Positions 1-7,837 of a DNA stretch of 32,000 nt are shown one piece after another (positions within the stretch are counted from its first letter, which is position 1; each line of letters opens with the position of its first letter). The position numbers were made by a program, and so were the translations under genes. The DNA comes from Coprobacillaceae bacterium (lineage in GTDB: Bacteria; Bacillota_I; Bacilli_A; Erysipelotrichales; Coprobacillaceae), in NCBI GenBank assembly GCA_963675515.1, contig OY776328.1, positions 420,001-452,000 of the forward strand, written 5' to 3'. The notes beneath the pieces were generated by a model. That model searched no databases and was not told the DNA's origin. It was given only the letters and a program-made list of their open reading frames with translations.

Positions 1-1
1 T

Positions 2-670
2 ATCGCTATGGGGTATATCGCAAGTGCCGAACCTGCTGAGTATTTGGAAAAAAACCATAAGGTGCCATTCAACCTGATTCCGATGCCAGTAGGTGTTGGA
101 TTGACTGATAAATACGTTATGGCTTTACGTGACATCTCTCATCAAGAAACACCGAAAGTGTTGGAAGATGAACGTGGACGTTTGGTGGATTTGATGTTGG
201 ATTCACATGCTTATACATACAACAAGAAAGTTGCGATTTTCGGTGACCCTGATGTGGTTCATGGATTTACTTCACTGGCGCTGGAAATGGGAATGATTCC
301 TAAATATGTGATCACAGGAACTCCTAAATCTTCTTTCGAAAAACAAATCAAAGAATTGTTCGACCAATACGGTGTTGATAGTTCAGAGTGTGTAATCAAA
401 GCCGATACAGACTTGTTCTACTTGCACCAATTGATCAAAAACGAACCAGTTGATCTGTTATTGGGAAACTCATACGGTAAGCAAATTGCCAAAGCTGAAG
501 ATATTCCATTTGTCAGAATGGGATTCCCGGTATTGGACCGTTATGGTGATTCAATTCAAGCAACTGTCGGATATGCTGGGGCGATCCGATATGTTGAAAA
601 AATTCTGGACAAATTGATGGATAGAATGGACGAAGTTGCCGCAGACGAAGATTTCGAATTAGTAATGTAA
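2..670 (+). CDS. nifK: Nitrogenase MoFe-protein beta chain (NifK-type), C-terminal ~222 aa; 5' end lies outside the window
   Basis: The reading frame is open to the window start. Motifs ERGRLVDLMLDSH, VAIFGDPD, LLLGNSYGK and FVRMGFPVLDRYG match the conserved C-terminal domain of dinitrogenase beta subunits. nifE-nifN follow directly. NifK versus Vnf/AnfK cannot be settled from this fragment alone. Confidence 0.85.
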   Translation: MAMGYIASAEPAEYLEKNHKVPFNLIPMPVGVGLTDKYVMALRDISHQETPKVLEDERGRLVDLMLDSHAYTYNKKVAIFGDPDVVHGFTSLALEMGMIPKYVITGTPKSSFEKQIKELFDQYGVDSSECVIKADTDLFYLHQLIKNEPVDLLLGNSYGKQIAKAEDIPFVRMGFPVLDRYGDSIQATVGYAGAIRYVEKILDKLMDRMDEVAADEDFELVM

Positions 671-690
671 TAATTATTGCTGTTGTTTGT

Positions 691-716
691 AGCCGAAGAG
701 ACAAAATTCTTCGGCT
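691..716 (+). promoter_or_regulatory. Intercistronic stem-loop between nifK and nifE (possible mRNA stabiliser or partial terminator)
   Basis: 9-bp perfect stem AGCCGAAGA (691-699) / TCTTCGGCT (708-716) with an 8-nt loop. It is followed by GCAAATTTATT, so there is no strong U-tract. Confidence 0.45.
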
Positions 717-744
717 GCAAATTTATTAGAAGGAGGAATGCTCA

Positions 745-2106
745 ATGGTTAATACAATTAACAAAAATATCCTGGATGATCGTGAAAAGCATATAAAGAC
801 AAAGCAGACTGGTGGCTGTGGCGGTGATGGAATGCACTGTGACACAAACTCTGTCTCTGGTTCGGTAAGCCAAAGAGCTTGCGTGTATTGTGGCGCAAGG
901 GTTGTCTTGAATCCGATTACCGATGCCTATCATATCGTCCATGGACCTATTGGGTGTTCTAGTTATACATGGGATATCAGGGGAAGTCTTACCAGCGAGG
1001 AAGACATCTTCAGAAACAGTTTCTGCACGGATCTGCGGGAAACCGACATCATCTTCGGAGGAGCCGACAAGCTGGAAAAGGCAATTGACGAACTTTGTGA
1101 AAAACAAAGTCCCAAATTGGTGTTCGTTTACCAGACATGTATTGTCGGAGTCATCGGAGACGACGTTGAAGCGGTCTGCAAAAGAGCTGAAGAGAAGTTC
1201 CACATACCTGTCATACCAGTCAAATCACCAGGATTTTCTGGAAACAAGTCGACTGGATATAAAATGGCATGTAATGCCATCATGCAACTGCTGATGCCTT
1301 ACAAGGACATTCAAAAAGTCAAGGGTGTCAACATCCTGGGCGATTTCAACCTTGCGGGTGAAATGTGGATTATCAAAAATTACCTGGAAAAAATAGGGGT
1401 CAATGTAGTCTCTACGTTTACCGGTGATGCCAGTCATGACAACATGATTGAAGCTCCCGGGGCCACCTTAAATATAGTTCAATGTGCCGGTTCATCAACC
1501 TATCTGGCAAACAGAATGGAAGAAGAGTTTGGCATTCCTTTTATCAAGGTGAGTTTCTTTGGAATCGAGGACACGACCAACTCCCTGATCAGGATTGCTG
1601 AGGCTCTTGGAGATGAGAAGGCAAGAAGCAAAGCGGTCGAATTCTGTTCGACCGAAGGGAAGAAAGCCCAAGAGGCTATCGACAAATACCGCATGAACCT
1701 TGAAGGTAAAAAAGCGGCGATTTATGTAGGAGGTGGCTTCAAGGCCATCTCGCTGATCAAACAGTTCAATGCCGTGGGGATGGATACCGTACTTGTCGGC
1801 ACCCAGACCGGAAAAAAAGACGACTATGAAATGATCGAGAGTCTGGTCAACGATGACACGGTCATTCTCGATGACGCCAATCCGGCGGAACTCGAAGCGT
1901 TCATGATTGAAAAGAGCGCCGATATACTGGTTGGGGGAGTCAAAGAGCGGCCGCTGGCATACAAGCTGGGTGTCGCCTTCTGTGACCACAACCATGAAAG
2001 AAAACATGCCCTGGCTGGATTTGAAGGGATCTACAATTTCATTGAAGAGATCAACGACAGTATCAACAGTCCGGTCTGGGGATTCATCAAGGAGGGCAAT
2101 TTATGA
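745..2106 (+). CDS. nifE: Nitrogenase FeMo-cofactor biosynthesis scaffold protein NifE
   Basis: SD AAGGAGG (730-736) lies 8 nt upstream of the ATG. Translated motifs CVYCGARVVLNPITDAYHIVHGPIGC, VYQTCIVGVIGDD, NIVQCAGS and LGVAFCDHNHE are typical of NifE (NifD paralog). Position between nifK and nifN. Confidence 0.9.
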   Translation: MVNTINKNILDDREKHIKTKQTGGCGGDGMHCDTNSVSGSVSQRACVYCGARVVLNPITDAYHIVHGPIGCSSYTWDIRGSLTSEEDIFRNSFCTDLRETDIIFGGADKLEKAIDELCEKQSPKLVFVYQTCIVGVIGDDVEAVCKRAEEKFHIPVIPVKSPGFSGNKSTGYKMACNAIMQLLMPYKDIQKVKGVNILGDFNLAGEMWIIKNYLEKIGVNVVSTFTGDASHDNMIEAPGATLNIVQCAGSSTYLANRMEEEFGIPFIKVSFFGIEDTTNSLIRIAEALGDEKARSKAVEFCSTEGKKAQEAIDKYRMNLEGKKAAIYVGGGFKAISLIKQFNAVGMDTVLVGTQTGKKDDYEMIESLVNDDTVILDDANPAELEAFMIEKSADILVGGVKERPLAYKLGVAFCDHNHERKHALAGFEGIYNFIEEINDSINSPVWGFIKEGNL

Positions 2107-4775
2107 AAAGTAAGGTAAAACCTTTAGTAAATCTGAATACGAACCCTTGCAAGATGTGTATGCCGATGGGGGCGACTAACGCACTTTATGGGATCAAGGA
2201 ATGCATGACCATTCTCCATGGTTCCCAGGGGTGTGCGACCTACATTCGACGCCATATGGCTACCCATTACAATGAACCGATCGACATAGCTTCATCTTCA
2301 TTGACTGAAGAGGGTACTGTCTATGGCGGGCACAACAACCTTAAAAAAGGATTGCTGAACCTGATCAGCCTGTACCACCCCAAAGTTATCGGAATCATGA
2401 CAACATGTCTGGCTGAAACAATCGGAGAAGACATCGAAGGAATAACCGAAAGCTTCTATGAGGAAAATCCTCAGCATCGGGATATCACGATAATTCCGGT
2501 TCAAACACCGGGGTATTCGGGTACCCAGTATGAAGGTTACATGGCTGCGCTTTGTTCCGTCGCTGACAAACTGGATATGGATCTCACACCTAACGAAAAA
2601 GTTAATGTCATCCTGCCGCCACACAGCCCTGCCGATCTCCGTTTCATCAAACAGGAGTTCGCCCGGTTTGGAGTCGATGCCATCTTCCTTCCTGACAACT
2701 CCGACAACCTTGATGGCGGACATGAAAAACGCTATTCGAGATTGCCGCTGGGCGGGACACCGATCGAGGAACTGCGGAAAATGGCCGGTGCCCGGCTGAC
2801 TATCGAAATGACCGATGTTGATGGCAAGCTCTCGCCAGGCAAGGTCCTGAAAGAGAAATACGGGGTGGAGTACATCCAGATAAACAGCCCGATCGGTCTA
2901 AGAGCGATCGATAAGTTCTACAAGACACTCAAGGAGGTTTCCAAGAAGGAAATTCCTGCGGACATCCAGAAACAAAGAGACCGTTATCTTGACGGGATGA
3001 TCGATTCCCACAAGTACAATTCTGGCGGGAGAGCAGTCATCTTCGGGGAACCGGAATTTGTCATTTCGACAGTCAAGCTTTGCGAGGAAAACGGAATCAT
3101 GCCGGTCGTTGTCACTACCGGGAACGTGTTCCCGGAGCTGGACAAGTACGTAAGACCAACCCTGCAGTCGATGGCGAAAGGTTACTTCATCGATGAATTC
3201 ATCATCGCCGATGATGTCGATTTCAAGGAAATCGAGGAATTCGCGATCAAGACGGGAGCGAACCTGATGATCGGGAACTCGGATGGCAGAAGACTCGAGG
3301 AACATCTTGGGATTCCTTTGGTAAGACGGGCTTTCCCGATCCATGATCGAATCGGAGGCCAACGTTTGAGAACTCTTGGTTATGAAGGGAGTCTGACATA
3401 CCTGGATGATATCACCAATGCCATCCTGGCGCAGACCGAAACCGGGTTCAGGGAAGAAGCGTATGAAAAATATTACAAAGGGTCTGTGGCTCAACAGAAA
3501 AAACTAGCTAAAGAAGCCACAATCGCAACAAGCGTGGCCAAAGGAGAAGCGGTTATGAATGATATCGAAAAGAAAACCAAAGAACATCCGTGTTATACAT
3601 GCGGTGATCATAAATATGCAAGAATCCATCTGCCAGTTGCACCTTCTTGTAATGTCCAATGCAACTATTGCGTAAGAAAATTCGACTGCGTCAATGAAAG
3701 CCGGCCGGGAGTGACTTCTACAGTCCTTACTCCTGAACAGGCGTTCGATCGCTACAAAGCGGTCAAGGAAAAAATGCCTAACCTGACTGTTGTGGGAATC
3801 GCCGGGCCGGGAGATGCCTGCGGTGAAAGTTTCCCACAAGTCAAAAAGACACTGGAACTTATCCGCGAATATGACCCTGAAGTCACATTCTGTGTGTCGA
3901 CAAACGGGTTGATGCTCCCTCAAAGAGCCAATGATTTGATCGAGCTTGGAGTAAGCCATATTACTGTCACCATGAGTGCGGTAGATCCGGTTATTGCAGG
4001 TAAGATATATAAATATGTCAACTATATGGGTGAGAAATATGAAGGTACTCCAGCCGGTGCGATCATCCTATCAAACCAGCTGGCCGGGTTGCAGATGCTT
4101 ATCGACAAAGGCATTGTCTGCAAGGTCAATATCGTCACATTGAAAGGCATCAATGACCACCATATCAAAACCGTGGTTGAAAAATGCAAGGAGATGGGTA
4201 TCTTCATCACCAACATCATGCAGATGATTCCAGTCAAAGGAAGCGCCTTTGAAAACCTGCCGATGGTAAGCATGAAAGAAATCACGGAACTAAGAAAAGA
4301 ATGCGATACAATCCTGAAGCAGATGTATCATTGCAGACAATGTCGTGCCGATGCCGTAGGTACTCTCGACAATGATGTCTCAGTCGATCTCAAAGCCTTC
4401 TTTGAAGAAGAAAAGGCCAAAGAAGCAGCGGCTGCTGCGCCAGTAAAATTTGCAGTGGCTTCTAAGAGCGGAATCAATGTGGATCTCCACTTTGGCAAGG
4501 CAGCTGAATTCTACATTTACAATTTTGAAAAGGGTGAAATCAGATTTGTGGAAAAACGCAACGTTGACAAGTACTGCAGTGGCAATGACGAATGTGATGA
4601 TCATGACAGCAAAATTGCCAAGATCGTTTCGGCTATTGGGGATTGCAAAGTGGTCCTGGCGATGCGGATTGGCGAATCACCAAAAGAACTGTTGAGCGAA
4701 AAAGGAATCCGGGCGATTTCAACATTTGCGAATATCGAAACCGCAATCCAGGCGACTGCGACAAATCTAATCTAA
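2103..4775 (+). CDS. nifN-B: NifN-NifB fusion protein with a C-terminal NifX/NafY-like domain (clostridial NifN-B type)
   Basis: ATGA start/stop overlap with nifE. The N-terminal ~450 aa is NifN-like (ILHGSQGCATY, LMIGNS, PLVRRAFPIHDRIGG). The central part carries the radical-SAM motif CNVQCNYC (nt 3648-3671) within a NifB-like core (VVGIAGPGD, SHITVTM). The C-terminal ~110 aa (about nt 4440-4772; KFAVASKSGINVDLHFGKAAEFYIY ... GDCKVVLAMRIGESP) has the dinitrogenase FeMo-cofactor-binding (NifX/NifB-C) fold signature. Confidence 0.9.
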   Translation: MKSKVKPLVNLNTNPCKMCMPMGATNALYGIKECMTILHGSQGCATYIRRHMATHYNEPIDIASSSLTEEGTVYGGHNNLKKGLLNLISLYHPKVIGIMTTCLAETIGEDIEGITESFYEENPQHRDITIIPVQTPGYSGTQYEGYMAALCSVADKLDMDLTPNEKVNVILPPHSPADLRFIKQEFARFGVDAIFLPDNSDNLDGGHEKRYSRLPLGGTPIEELRKMAGARLTIEMTDVDGKLSPGKVLKEKYGVEYIQINSPIGLRAIDKFYKTLKEVSKKEIPADIQKQRDRYLDGMIDSHKYNSGGRAVIFGEPEFVISTVKLCEENGIMPVVVTTGNVFPELDKYVRPTLQSMAKGYFIDEFIIADDVDFKEIEEFAIKTGANLMIGNSDGRRLEEHLGIPLVRRAFPIHDRIGGQRLRTLGYEGSLTYLDDITNAILAQTETGFREEAYEKYYKGSVAQQKKLAKEATIATSVAKGEAVMNDIEKKTKEHPCYTCGDHKYARIHLPVAPSCNVQCNYCVRKFDCVNESRPGVTSTVLTPEQAFDRYKAVKEKMPNLTVVGIAGPGDACGESFPQVKKTLELIREYDPEVTFCVSTNGLMLPQRANDLIELGVSHITVTMSAVDPVIAGKIYKYVNYMGEKYEGTPAGAIILSNQLAGLQMLIDKGIVCKVNIVTLKGINDHHIKTVVEKCKEMGIFITNIMQMIPVKGSAFENLPMVSMKEITELRKECDTILKQMYHCRQCRADAVGTLDNDVSVDLKAFFEEEKAKEAAAAAPVKFAVASKSGINVDLHFGKAAEFYIYNFEKGEIRFVEKRNVDKYCSGNDECDDHDSKIAKIVSAIGDCKVVLAMRIGESPKELLSEKGIRAISTFANIETAIQATATNLI

Positions 4776-4790
4776 TAGGAGGATTGAACA

Positions 4791-5099
4791 ATGATTCAAC
4801 CAAAATATCATGTATTCATCTGTGCGAGCAGCAGAATTAACGGGCAACAAAGAGGGTATTGCCACCAACAGAAAAGCGTCAACCTTATCCAGTCATTCAT
4901 GCAGGAAATCGAGGATCGGGAACTAAGCGGTGATGTGATGATCACGAATACCGGATGCTTTGGCATCTGCGAAAAGGGACCGGTGGTAGTTGTCTATCCT
5001 GAGGGTGTCTGGTACGGAAATGTCAGCGAGGCTGACGTTGAAGAAATCTTCGATGAACATTTTGAAGGTGGGAAACCTGTAGAAAGACTGATGATCTAA
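4791..5099 (+). CDS. fdxA: Thioredoxin-like [2Fe-2S] ferredoxin (Clostridium pasteurianum 2Fe-Fd type)
   Basis: 102 aa with Cys at residues 11, 24, 56 and 60. This is the same length and ligand spacing known for the C. pasteurianum [2Fe-2S] ferredoxin, and the same position after nifN-B. SD AGGAGG lies upstream (about 4777-4782). Confidence 0.85.
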   Translation: MIQPKYHVFICASSRINGQQRGYCHQQKSVNLIQSFMQEIEDRELSGDVMITNTGCFGICEKGPVVVVYPEGVWYGNVSEADVEEIFDEHFEGGKPVERLMI

Positions 5100-5128
5100 A
5101 ATTAAAAAAATGTGATGGGGGTGGTTTT

Positions 5129-6109
5129 ATGGGATTCGTTATAGATGCCACATTGAGTGTGCTGGACGATTACAACCTTGGTAATGAGGATATTTGTGAA
5201 TTTATCGATCTTATCCGCAATCTTGGGATCAGGAACATCAAGATCTCATCAAAGATTCTTGGAGCAATTGAAGGGCAGTTGCCGGGTAATATCACCTATT
5301 ATATCGATTCGCTTGATAACGGTGTGACCGATTGCGATTCGCTGTCGAACAATATCCTCCGCTTTTCCCATCATGACACCATTTCAATCCACCACAACAT
5401 CCGCACCCGCGAAGTCAATGAAGTGATATTTGATCAGGATGGCTTCATATGTGATATGGTCCATCTCAAAGGTTTCGATTCATTGATACTCGATGGCAGT
5501 GAAGGCATTCTTGACCGGCTGGACCGAAGGATATCATATGAAAAACTGATTGTGACTCCCGGGGACAGCCATCGGTGCGCCAATGCGATCGCCTATCTGT
5601 TTTTACAAAGGGGTGTCCATGGGGTTATTACCACTTTGACCGGTGTTTCAAATCACGCATCGACCGAACAGGTAGTGATGGCCCGCCAGGTCATAGCAGG
5701 CTGTGACATCTATGATGTCTCTGTGTTTTCCAGACTGGCTGACTGGTTCGAGCGGGTGACTGCGGCTAAGATACCGCCTCACTTTCCGGTTTTGGGCAAA
5801 AGAATATTCCATGTCGAATCGGGGGTCCATGTCGATGGCATTCTCAAAAGGTCATCCAACTATGAACCATACAGTCCCAGTCTGGTCGGGCTCAAGCGGG
5901 AAATAGTGATTGGCAAACTGTCGGGAAGGGCATCCATCAATTACAAGTTGAGAATGCTTCTTGATCAGTCAAGATCGAAAAGCGATATTGATCTGATCCT
6001 TCAAAGGGTCAGGCAGCTTTCAATCGTTAAAAAGGGCAAGTTGACCGATGAGGACTTTGTCACTATCGTAAAGGAGTTGGATGTCTGTGAAGAATATAAA
6101 AATAGTTGA
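5129..6109 (+). CDS. nifV-omega: Homocitrate synthase omega subunit (NifV-omega): degenerate TIM-barrel plus conserved C-terminal segment
   Basis: The C-terminal part HVESGVHVDGILKRSSNYEPYSPSLVGLKREIVIGKLSGRAS aligns with the NifV/IPMS-family segment HEAGIHVDGLLK...YE...P..vG....lvlGKhSG. The N-terminal part resembles the barrel, but catalytic motifs are lost (VIDATLSVLDD instead of DxTLRDGxQ; no HxH). Gene order omega-alpha as in C. pasteurianum. Confidence 0.75.
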   Translation: MGFVIDATLSVLDDYNLGNEDICEFIDLIRNLGIRNIKISSKILGAIEGQLPGNITYYIDSLDNGVTDCDSLSNNILRFSHHDTISIHHNIRTREVNEVIFDQDGFICDMVHLKGFDSLILDGSEGILDRLDRRISYEKLIVTPGDSHRCANAIAYLFLQRGVHGVITTLTGVSNHASTEQVVMARQVIAGCDIYDVSVFSRLADWFERVTAAKIPPHFPVLGKRIFHVESGVHVDGILKRSSNYEPYSPSLVGLKREIVIGKLSGRASINYKLRMLLDQSRSKSDIDLILQRVRQLSIVKKGKLTDEDFVTIVKELDVCEEYKNS

Positions 6110-6884
6110 TTCAACCCTGCGTGATGGATTGCAGCAGCCGGGCATTCATCTCACAAACGAGCAGAAACTGAAAATCGCATTGCTTCTTGACAAGATGAAT
6201 GTTTATGAAATCGAGCTGGGCGTCTATGACTGGAATGGTGAAGACAGAGATTTCTATGAAACGCTAATGGAAGAAAAGAAGAATTCGAAAGTGTCACTTT
6301 GGTCGCGGCTGAACAAGACCGATGTGGAACAAACGTGTCTCCATCAACCCGACATCATCCATATCTCGATACCTGTTAGCGATATCCAGATAGCATCCAA
6401 AATGCATACCGACAAATCCTCTTTGGAAAAGCGGTTGCTGGAGTGCCTTGAAGTCGCCAATCAATACAAGATCGATGTCACACTGGGACTGGAAGACGCT
6501 TCCCGGGCCGAACTGGAATATCTTATCGATATTTCCAAACTGGCCAAACAAAACAATGTGAAGACAATCCGGCTGGCCGATACGGTTGGAGTGTACACAC
6601 CGGTGAGTGCTTTGGAGGCTATTGAAGCCATCAAGAAGGAAGTGGATATCGCCATTGAAGTGCACGAACACAATGACTTCGGGATGGCAATTGCCAACTC
6701 GATCACGATGCTCAACGGAGGGGCCGATTACATGGACTGCACATTGTTGGGGATCGGTGAAAGGACAGGCAATTGCGACCTCAGGGAATTCATAGAGGCT
6801 ACAAGAGATTACTATGATTCAAGAACCGATATCGGTGCCCTTGAAGAACTGGACGAATATATTAAAGAAATACTGATAGAATGA
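6081..6884 (+). CDS. nifV-alpha: Homocitrate synthase alpha subunit (NifV-alpha), catalytic HMGL-like barrel
   Basis: VDSTLRDGLQQPG, EVHEHNDFGMAIANS and LLGIGERTGNCDL are catalytic-barrel motifs of homocitrate / 2-isopropylmalate synthases. The protein stops where the NifV C-terminal domain would begin. It overlaps the nifV-omega stop. The start could be ATG 6081 or GTG 6087. Confidence 0.85.
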   Translation: MSVKNIKIVDSTLRDGLQQPGIHLTNEQKLKIALLLDKMNVYEIELGVYDWNGEDRDFYETLMEEKKNSKVSLWSRLNKTDVEQTCLHQPDIIHISIPVSDIQIASKMHTDKSSLEKRLLECLEVANQYKIDVTLGLEDASRAELEYLIDISKLAKQNNVKTIRLADTVGVYTPVSALEAIEAIKKEVDIAIEVHEHNDFGMAIANSITMLNGGADYMDCTLLGIGERTGNCDLREFIEATRDYYDSRTDIGALEELDEYIKEILIE

Positions 6885-6903
6885 TTGGGATTGCTGCAGG
6901 CAG

Positions 6904-7197
6904 GTGAATATGGAATCGAAAATTTTAAGACTCAAACCGGGCTATATTTTAAGGGAATTGGGCGGTGAGTTCTGCATATTTAATGAACTGGATAGTAATG
7001 CGGGATCACTTCTGGGATTGCCTTCGGTCAACGAGACATGCGCATTTCTCTGGAACCGGCTGGAAATCGGGGCCGTGAAGGAAGAGCTGGTCAAAGCGGT
7101 GATGATCGAATGCGACCTTGAAGAAGATGACGCCTTATATGAGGTTCATGAAGTGTTGGCAAAGCTGATTCATGGCCGGATTATTGAAACGGAGTAG
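6904..7197 (+). CDS. PqqD-family-like small protein (putative RiPP-recognition-element / peptide chaperone fold)
   Basis: 97 aa. The pattern LKPGYILRELGGEFCIF...SLLGLPSVNETCAFLWNRLE..VKEELVKAVMIECDLEEDDALYEVHEVLAKLIHGRII matches the PqqD layout (short beta strands, LNETaa..w, then D..eFl..L...gli). It starts 19 nt after the nifV-alpha stop. The start is ambiguous (GTG 6904 or ATG 6910) and the SD is weak. Confidence 0.6.
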   Translation: MNMESKILRLKPGYILRELGGEFCIFNELDSNAGSLLGLPSVNETCAFLWNRLEIGAVKEELVKAVMIECDLEEDDALYEVHEVLAKLIHGRIIETE

Positions 7198-7207
7198 GAG
7201 ATTAATT

Positions 7208-7837
7208 ATGAAGAAAATTGCTGTATTCTTGAATGAGGATAAGAAACTGGATAATTTTTACAATTGCAATACGATAATGATATACGGCGGAGGGGTGAGC
7301 GAGTGCCTGGTTCTTGACGAACAGGCATTTGACAAGATCACGCCGACATCAACCAGGGTGATAATCGACCAGACCGGCGACATATCAGAGAAAGTCGACG
7401 ACTGCAGCGCAATCGTATTTGGCGAAATCGCCGGGGTCGCATATTCCGTATTCGACAAAGCCAAATTCAAGATATTCACAATTGAAGAAAATTCTCCAGA
7501 TGCAATCATATCAATCTTCCGCGACTTGTTTGAGTTGGACAAGGAAATCGCCAAGAAAAAGGAAGCCCTTCTAGAACTCAAACCGCATGAAACAAGCGAA
7601 CCAGGCATCTATTATTTCGATCTGTTCACAGCCTTGCAGGACAATCCGGAAGTGTCTTCGAAAAAAATGTTGAAGGAATTTTTCGACAGTATTCCCTTTG
7701 TCATGCTGAAAATGAAAGTCAACCATATGCCACCATGGATTGAGCGCGATGGAAGATTCAATGTCGCATCGGATGAACAACAACCGATCCAAACTGTAGT
7801 TGTCACAAAGAAAAAATGTAATCAGGAGGACAGATAA
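7208..7837 (+). CDS. NifX/NafY-fold N-terminal domain protein, possibly AnfO family (nitrogenase accessory)
   Basis: SD TAGGAG (7195-7200) lies 7 nt before ATG 7208. The longer 7172 start merely overlaps the previous gene. MKKIAVFLNED...DDCSAIVFGEIAGVAYSVFDKAKFKIFTIE resembles the FeMo-cofactor-binding domain layout (MKIAv..., gC..vi...iG..a...L...gikv). Overall size (~209 aa) and nif context are reminiscent of AnfO. The family assignment is not verified. Confidence 0.55.
   Translation: MKKIAVFLNEDKKLDNFYNCNTIMIYGGGVSECLVLDEQAFDKITPTSTRVIIDQTGDISEKVDDCSAIVFGEIAGVAYSVFDKAKFKIFTIEENSPDAIISIFRDLFELDKEIAKKKEALLELKPHETSEPGIYYFDLFTALQDNPEVSSKKMLKEFFDSIPFVMLKMKVNHMPPWIERDGRFNVASDEQQPIQTVVVTKKKCNQEDR

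Noticed and set aside
1495-3959. Long antisense ORFs inside nifE and nifN-B (1495-2007, 2298-2723, 2898-3494 and 3504-3959 on the minus strand; 141-198 aa)
   Set aside because: They lie entirely opposite strongly supported nif coding sequence. They have low-complexity, Arg/Phe/Asp-rich translations, no SD and no recognisable motifs. This is typical of antisense frames of real genes.
7172-7207. Longer start (ATG 7172) for the NifX/AnfO-like ORF, overlapping the PqqD-like gene
   Set aside because: ATG 7208 has a well-spaced SD (TAGGAG), and the product then begins MKKIAVF, like NifX-fold proteins. The extension would overlap the upstream gene by 26 nt without an SD.
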